Assembly (NCBI GenBank): GCA_009914755.4
Contig: CP086569.2
Location: 31,936,001-32,000,000 of the forward strand
Length of the DNA stretch: 64,000 bases
Source of the DNA: the human T2T-CHM13v2.0 reference genome, Homo sapiens
Reading direction: 5' to 3'
Positions 1 through 64,000 of the stretch are shown here, piece after piece. The notes beneath the pieces are model-generated. The model searched no databases, was not told the origin of the DNA, and saw only the letters and a list, made by a program, of their open reading frames with translations. Position 1 is the first letter of the stretch; every line of letters begins with the position of its first letter. The position numbers and the translations under genes were made by a program.

Positions 1-1533
1 ATAATAATATACAGTGTCATATATATAATATATATAACCCATGTATAATATTGTTTTACATCCTGCATCTTATGTTATTTATATTGTATAAAATATAATA
101 ATTGATAATATATAAGTTTTATAATTATACAATATGACATATAGTATATATTATAATTTATGACATATATAATATATGTTATATATCATATATAGAATAT
201 ATTATACGGTTAATATACGTATTAAATATATATTATACATTATATATATTATATATAATATATCTGTTATATATAATACCCATTATGCATAATATATATA
301 TTATGTCTATGTTATATATAGTATAAAACAACATATAATAATATATAATTGTATATATAAAATGCGACATATAATATATATTATATTTTATAACATATGC
401 AATATATATTATATATAATACGTTGTATGTATAATACCTATATTAAATATATATTATATGACTATGTTATTAATTATATGTCACATGTGTTATATATAAT
501 ATATTTTACATAGAATATACCGGTTACATACAATATATACTATGTTACCTATAATGTATAATTTATTACATGTAAAATAAAGAATGCAATATATTATGTA
601 AAATTTATAACATACAATATGTGGAATGTGATATATATAGCATATAATATATGATATATGATATACAATATATGATATATAACATACAATATATGATTCC
701 TAATATATATGGTATACAATATATATTTTATGATATGTATTCTCTATGTTTTATATTCTGTTATATATAACTATTTGAAATTATATATAACTGTATAATA
801 TTTTATTTAAATATGTAATATAATATATATAACTATATAATATATTATATATAACTATATATTATGTTATATATACTTTTATAACATAATTTACATAAAA
901 TATCATAATATAATATATATTATATTATTTCATATTACATAATATATATTACATATCACCCAATATAACTAACATACATAATATTATAATATAGATTATA
1001 TTGTGTTATATTAAATATCATATATATCATGTATCATATATTCTATAATATATATTACACATTATATAATATGTATGTTGTCTATTATGTGATATATATA
1101 ACTATATATATAATTATATTTTTATACATATAACTAGATAAACATGTAATTCTACATATTTTCATTTATAATATGTAGAATTATATAATCATATATAATT
1201 ATTTATATTGTATAAAAAATTTTATTATTATATAAATTATAATATATAAAAATTATAATATGTACTACAAATATATATATTATATATCATATATGATATA
1301 GTACCTTTGTTATATATCATAATACATATAAATGTGTATTATGTTATCTATAATTATATAATTTCATATATAAGATGTATAATATGTATCATATATTATA
1401 TATGTTATGTAATATATATAGTATATATAAGATGACACAGGATAAATATTATATACTATGACATATAAAATATATGAGGTTATATGTTACATATAAGGCA
1501 TAGCACATAACATGTAATATATATCATATATAA
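1..1533. repeat. Partial unit U0 (only the AT-rich segment; window begins about 18 bp into it)
   Basis: Aligns to 2415-3946 of the next unit (same motifs: acagtgtcatatatataatatatataacc ... catatataa before the poly-T). Confidence 0.9.
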
Positions 1534-1831
1534 TTTTTTTTTAGACAGAATCTTGTCCTGTTGCACAGGGTGGGGTACAATGGCGCCATCTTTGCTCACT
1601 GCAGCTTCTGCCTCACGGGTCCAAGCGATTGTCCCTCCTCAGCCTCCCAGGTAGCTGGGACTACACCACACTGGGACTACACCAGCTGCCACCATGCCTA
1701 GCTAATTTTTTGGATTTTTAGTAGTGACAGCGTTTCACTGTATTGGCCAGGATGTTCTTGATCTCTTCACCTTGTGATCCCCTTGCCTTGGCCTCCAAAT
1801 TTGCTGGGATTACAGGCCTGAGCCAAGATCC
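1534..1831 (-). mobile_element. Alu SINE, antisense, old AluJ/AluS-like, 5'-truncated (copy in U1)
   Basis: The + strand reads T9-agacagaatcttgtcctgttgcacagggtgg...cctcagcctcccaggtagctgggactac...ctagctaattttttggatttttagtagtgacag...ttggccaggatg...ctccaaatttgctgggattacaggcctgagcca, which is the reverse complement of the Alu consensus. It has CAAGCGATT and GTTGCAG (S/J state), not the AluY CACGCCATT/GCTTGCAG state. It carries a tandem duplication of about 15 bp (ctgggactacaccacactgggactacacc). The 5' GGCCGGGCGCGG end is missing. Confidence 0.9.
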
Positions 1832-2395
1832 ATATTTTTTAAATGAAAAAAAATTTCAAAGGTACTCTGCTTGGTACAATAATCAAATGTATAAACTGAG
1901 GAATAAAACATAACCATGAAACCTACTTATAACTGCATATGGAAAATACAGAGGATAATTTTTTAAATAACATATTTTGAAAGCCTTAACTAGTAATTTG
2001 AAGAGTTGGCATTTGAAAGGCCAGTATGAATATACCTTCAAAGCAGCAACACAGGTTCCCCATGAGAAAAAGCAAACACAGGGAAAATAAAAACACAAAG
2101 GTTCAATCTCTTCTGACCTTTGAAAGACACAGCACAGACAGTGGTCCTTAGGACGAAGAGCAGGAGACCCCTAATTCCGTCACCATGGCGATAGGGCATA
2201 AACATTGCTGGGTGAGGGCACAATCCACATTGTGAGGTCCAACTGCTGCCAGGAAGACAGGAGTGCTTTTACATAGACCGAAAGGTCATTGAAGGCTCAG
2301 AGTTTTGTTTCAAGAACTGAATCCCAAGCCCACACGTTATTAGGCTGCGCTTCTTAAAACAAGTTATGAGATGGGAAAAAGGGCACCCAAAAACA
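1832..2395. repeat. Unique (non-Alu, non-low-complexity) segment of the unit, about 565 bp, moderate GC; recurs in every unit immediately 3' (+ strand) of the Alu
   Basis: catattttttaaatgaaaaaaaatttcaaaggtactctgcttgg...gacacagcacagacagtggtccttaggacgaagagcaggagacccctaattccgtcaccatggcgatagggc...gctgcgcttcttaaaacaagttatgagatgggaaaaagggcacc. Origin unrecognised; it may be an old TE/LTR fragment. It contains the recurrent spurious minus-strand 61/71-aa frames. Confidence 0.7.
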
Positions 2396-23270
<20,875 letters not shown>

Positions 23271-23568
23271 TTTTTTTTTAGACAGAATCTTGTCCTGTTG
23301 CACAGGGTGGGGTACAATGGCGCCATCTTTGCTCACTGCAAAATCTGCCTCACGGGTCCAAGCGATTGTCCTCCCTCAGCCTCCCAGGTAGCTGGGACTA
23401 CACCACACTGGGACTACACCAGCTGCCACCATGCCTAGCTAATTTTTTGGATTTTTAGTAGTGACAGCGTTTCACTGTATTGGCCAGGATGGTCTTGATC
23501 TCTTCACCTTGTGATCCCCTTGCCTTGGCCTCCAAATTTGCTGGGATTACAGGCCTGAGCCAAGATCC
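23271..23568 (-). mobile_element. Alu (same ancestral copy), U10
   Basis: As above. Confidence 0.9.
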
Positions 23569-25690
23569 ATATTTTTTAAATGAAAAAAAATTTCAAAGGT
23601 ACTCTGCTTGGTACAATAATCAAATGTATAAACTGAGGAATAAAACATAACCATGAAACCTACTTATAACTGCATATGGAAAATACAGAGGATAATTTTT
23701 TAAATAACATATTTTGAAAGCCTTAACTAGTAATTTGAAGAGTTGGCATTTGAAAGGCCAGTATGAATATACCTTCAAAGCAGCAACACAGGTTCCCCAT
23801 GAGAAAAAGCAAACACAGGGAAAATAAAAACACAAAGGTTCAATCTCTTCTGACCTTTGAAAGACACAGCACAGACAGTGGTCCTTAGGACGAAGAGCAG
23901 GAGACCCCTAATTCCGTCACCATGGCGATAGGGCATAAACATTGCTGGGTGAGGGCACAATCCACATTGTGAGGTCCAACTGCTGCCAGGAAGACAGGAG
24001 TGCTTTTACATAGACCGAAAGGTCATTGAAGGCTCAGAGTTTTGTTTCAAGAACTGAATCCCAAGCCCACACGTTATTAGGCTGCGCTTCTTAAAACAAG
24101 TTATGAGATGGGAAAAAGGGCACCCACAAACATACGTATACATTATGTATATAATAATATACAGTGTCATATATATAATATATATAACCTATGTATAATA
24201 TTGTTTTACATCCTGCATCTTATGTTATATATATTGTATAAAATATAATAATTGATAATATATAAGTTTTATATTTATACAATATGACATATAGTATATA
24301 TTATAATTTATGAGATATATAATATATGTTATATGTCATATATAGAATATATTATACGGTTAATATACGTATTAAATATAAATTATACATTATATATATT
24401 ATATATAATATATCTGTTATATATAATACCCATTATGCATAATATATATATTATGTCTATGTTATATATAGTATAAAACAACATAAAATAATATATAATT
24501 GTATATATAAAATGCGACATATAATATATATTATATTTTATAACATATGTAATATATATTATATATTATATATAATACGTTGTATGTATAATACCTATAT
24601 TAAATATATATTATATGACTATGTTATTAATTACATGTCACATGTGTTATATATTATATATTTTACATAGAATATACCGGTTACATACAATATACACTAT
24701 GTTACCTATAATGTATAATTTATTACATGTAAAATAAAGAATGCAATATATTATGTATAATTTATAATATACCATATGTGGAATGTGATATATATAACAT
24801 ATAATATATGATATATGATATACAGTATATGATATATAACATACAATATATGATTCCTAATATATATGGTATACAATATATATTTTATGATATGTATTCT
24901 ATATGTTTTATATTCTGTTATATATAACTATTTGAAATTATATATAACTGTATAATATTTTATGTAAATATGTAATATAATATATATAACTATATAATAT
25001 ATTATATATAACTATATATTATGTTATATATACTTTTATAACATAATTTACATAAAATATCATAATATAATATATATTATATTATTTCATATTACATAAT
25101 ATATATTACATATCTCCCAATATTACTAACATACATAATATTATAATATAGATTATATTGTGTTATATTAAATATCATATATATCATGTATCATATATTC
25201 TATAATATATATTACACATTATATAATATGTACGTTGTCTATTATGTGATATATATAACTCTATATATAATTATATTTTTATACATATAACTAGATAAAC
25301 ATGTAATTCTACATATTTTCATTTATAATATGTAGAATTATATAATCATATATAATTATTTATATTCTATAAAAAATTTTATCATTCTATCAATTATAAT
25401 ATATAAAAATTATAATATGTACTACAAATATATATATTATATATCATATATGATATAGTACCTTTGTTATATATCATAATACATATAAATGTGTATTATG
25501 TTATCTATAATTATATAATTTCATATATAAGATGTATAATATGTATCATATATTATATATGTTATGTAATATATATAGTATATATAAGATGACACAGGAT
25601 AAATATTATATACTATGACATATAAAATATATGAGGTTATATGTTACATATAAGGCATAGCACATAACATGTAATATATATCATATATAA
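23271..25690. repeat. Unit U10 (2420 bp), A-type; private ctgcaaaatctgcc
   Basis: Alu poly-T 23271 to next 25691. Confidence 0.9.
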
Positions 25691-52284
<26,594 letters not shown>

Positions 52285-52582
52285 TTTTTTTTTAGGCAGA
52301 GTCTTGTCCTGTTGCACAGGGTGGGGTACAATGGCGCCACCTTTGCTCACTGCAACATCTGCCTCACGGGTCCAAGCGATTGTCCTCCCTCAGCCTCCCA
52401 GGTAGCTGGGACTACACCACACTGGGACTACACCAGCTGCCACCATGCCTAGCTAATTTTTTGGATTTTAAGTAGTGACAGCGTTTCACTGTATTGGCCA
52501 GGATGGTCTTGATCTCTTCACCTTGTGATCCCCTTGCCTTGGCCTCCAAATTTGCTGGGATTACAGGCCTGAGCCAAGATCC
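52285..52582 (-). mobile_element. Alu (same ancestral copy, B-type), U22
   Basis: As above. Confidence 0.9.
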
Positions 52583-54697
52583 ATATTTTTTAAATGAAAA
52601 AAAATTTCAAAGGTACTCTGCTTGGTACAATAATCAAATGTATAAACTGAGGAATAAAACATAACCTTGAAACCTACTTATAACTGCATATGGAAAATAC
52701 ACAGGATACTTTTTTAAATAACGTATTTTGAAAGCCTTAACTAGTAATTTGAAGAGTTGGCATTTGAAAGGCCAGTATGAATATACCTTCAAAGCAGCAA
52801 CACAGTTTCCCCATGAGAAAAAGCAAACTCAGGGAAAATAAAACCACAAAGGTTCAATCTCTTCTGACCTTTGAAAGACACAGCACAGACAGTGGTCCTT
52901 AGGACGAAGAGCAGGAGACCCCTAATTCCGTCACCATGGCGATAGGGCATAAACATTGCTGGGTGAGGGCACAATCCACATTGTGAAGTCCAACTGCTGC
53001 CAGGAAGACAGGAGTGCTTTTACATAGACCGAAAGGTCATTGAAGGCTCAGAGTTTTGTTTCAAGAACTGAATCCCAAGCCCACAGGTTATAAGGCAGCG
53101 CTTCTTCAAACAAGTTATGAGATGGGAAAAAGGGCACCCACAAACATACGTATACATTATGTATATAATAATATACAGTATCATATATATAATATATATA
53201 ACCTATTTATAATATTGTTTTACATCCTGCATCTTATATTACATATAGTATAAAATATAATAATTGATAATATATAAGTTTTATATTTCTACAATATGAC
53301 ATATAGTATATATTATAATTTATGTCATATATATGTTATATATCATATATAGAATATATTATACGGTTAATATACGTATTAAATATAAATTATACATTAT
53401 ATATATTATATATAATATATCTGTTATATATAATACTCATTATGCATAATATATATATTATGTCTATGTTATATATAGTATAACACAACATATAATAATA
53501 TATAATTGTATATATAAAATGCGACATATTATATATATTATATTTTATGACATATGTAATATATATTATATATTATATATAATACGTTGTATGTATAATA
53601 CCTATATTAAATATATATTATATGACTACGTTATTAATTACATGTCACATATGTTATATATTATATATTTTACATAGAATATACCGGTTACATACAATAT
53701 ATACTCTGTTACCTATAATGTATAATTTATTACATGTAAAATAAATAATGCAATATATTATGTATAATTTATAATATACAATATGTGGAATGTGATATAT
53801 ATAACATATAATATATGATATATGTTATACAGTATATGATATATAACATACAATATATGATACCTAATATATATGGTATACAATATATATTTTATGATAT
53901 GTATTCTCTATGTTTTATATTCTGTTATATATAACTATTTGAAATTATATATAACTGTATAATATTTTATGTAAATATGTAATATAATATATATAACCAT
54001 ATAATATATTATATATAACTATATATTATGTTATATATACTTTTATTACATAATTTGCATAAAATATCATAATATAATATATATTATATTATTTCATATT
54101 ACATAATATATATTACATATCACCCAATATAAGTAACATACATAATATTATAATATAGATTATATTATGTTATATTAAATATCATATATATCATGTATCA
54201 TATATTCTATAATATATATTATAGATTATATAATATGTATGTTGTCTATTATGTGATATATATAACTATATATATATTTATATTATTATATATATAACTA
54301 GATAAACATGTAATTCTACATATTTTCATTTATAATATATAGAATTATATAATCATATATAATTATTTATATTCTATAAAAAATTATATCATTATATAAA
54401 TTATAATATATAAAAATTATAATATGTACTACAAATATATATATTATATATCATATATGATATAGTACCTTTGTTATATATCATGATACATATAAATGTG
54501 TATTATGTTATCTATAAGTATATAATTTCATATATAAGTTATATAATATGTATTATATATTATATATGTTATGTAATATATATAGTATATATAAGATGAC
54601 ACAGGATAAATATTATATACTATGACATATAAAATATATGAGGTTATATGTTACATATAAGGCATAGCACATAACATGTAATATATATCATCTATAA
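52285..54697. repeat. Unit U22 (2413 bp), B-type; unique segment near-copy of U20
   Basis: Alu poly-T 52285 to next 54698. Confidence 0.9.

Positions 54698-64000
<9,303 letters not shown>

Noticed and set aside
1520-1850. Target-site duplication flanking the Alu (catata upstream of the T-tail against catatt after gagccaagatcc).
   Set aside because: Only 5 bp match, and in an AT-rich context. This is too weak to call. It would be useful if the single-copy progenitor locus were found.
1883-2223. Minus-strand 71-aa and 61-aa ORFs that recur once per unit through the whole ORF track (e.g. 1883..2098, 2038..2223, 4296..4511 ...).
   Set aside because: They recur only because the DNA is tandemly repeated. 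The 71-aa frame is broken in roughly half the units (absent from the track at about 9.1k and about 35.7k and in nearly all B-domain units). The 61-aa frame is broken in U11-U13 by the ccttag variant. Differences between copies are mostly non-synonymous and radical (V to G, V to E, S to Y/C, L to H). Other signs are no start context, no splice logic, and sequence low in complexity and rich in F/C/L. This is not a gene.

Overview
This window is not prokaryotic and has no supportable protein-coding genes. A primate-specific Alu SINE recurs 26 times in it. The whole 64 kb is one head-to-tail tandem array of a composite unit, about 2.41 to 2.42 kb long. I count 26 complete units plus partial units at both window edges, so the array continues beyond the window on both sides.

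Each unit has the same three-part layout:
- An antisense, 5'-truncated, old (AluJ/AluS-like) Alu of about 298 bp with a 9-T tail on the + strand.
- A moderately GC-containing unique segment of about 565 bp.
- An extremely A+T-rich TA-dominated low-complexity segment of about 1.55 kb.

Because every copy of the Alu shares the same truncation point, internal duplication and flanks, the array amplified a locus that already contained that Alu. These are not independent insertions.

The array is internally structured:
- A left A-type domain of about 35 kb and a right B-type domain of about 29 kb differ at many diagnostic sites.
- The zone between them is mosaic and contains recombinant units.
- A trimeric (~7.25 kb) higher-order pattern sits at the left end.
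- Dimeric (~4.83 kb) higher-order patterns sit in the middle and at the right end.
- A tract of about 1.5 kb reappears 7,248 bp (three units) away.

All ORFs in the supplied six-frame track are per-unit repeats of short spurious frames. They are broken in many copies or lie in Y/I/N-rich low complexity, and none is credible as a CDS. I cannot name the satellite family from memory. It fits the class of composite TE-containing macrosatellite arrays known from complete human and primate assemblies. No CRISPR, defence system, operon or RNA gene is present. The biological interest lies in the array's architecture and evolution.
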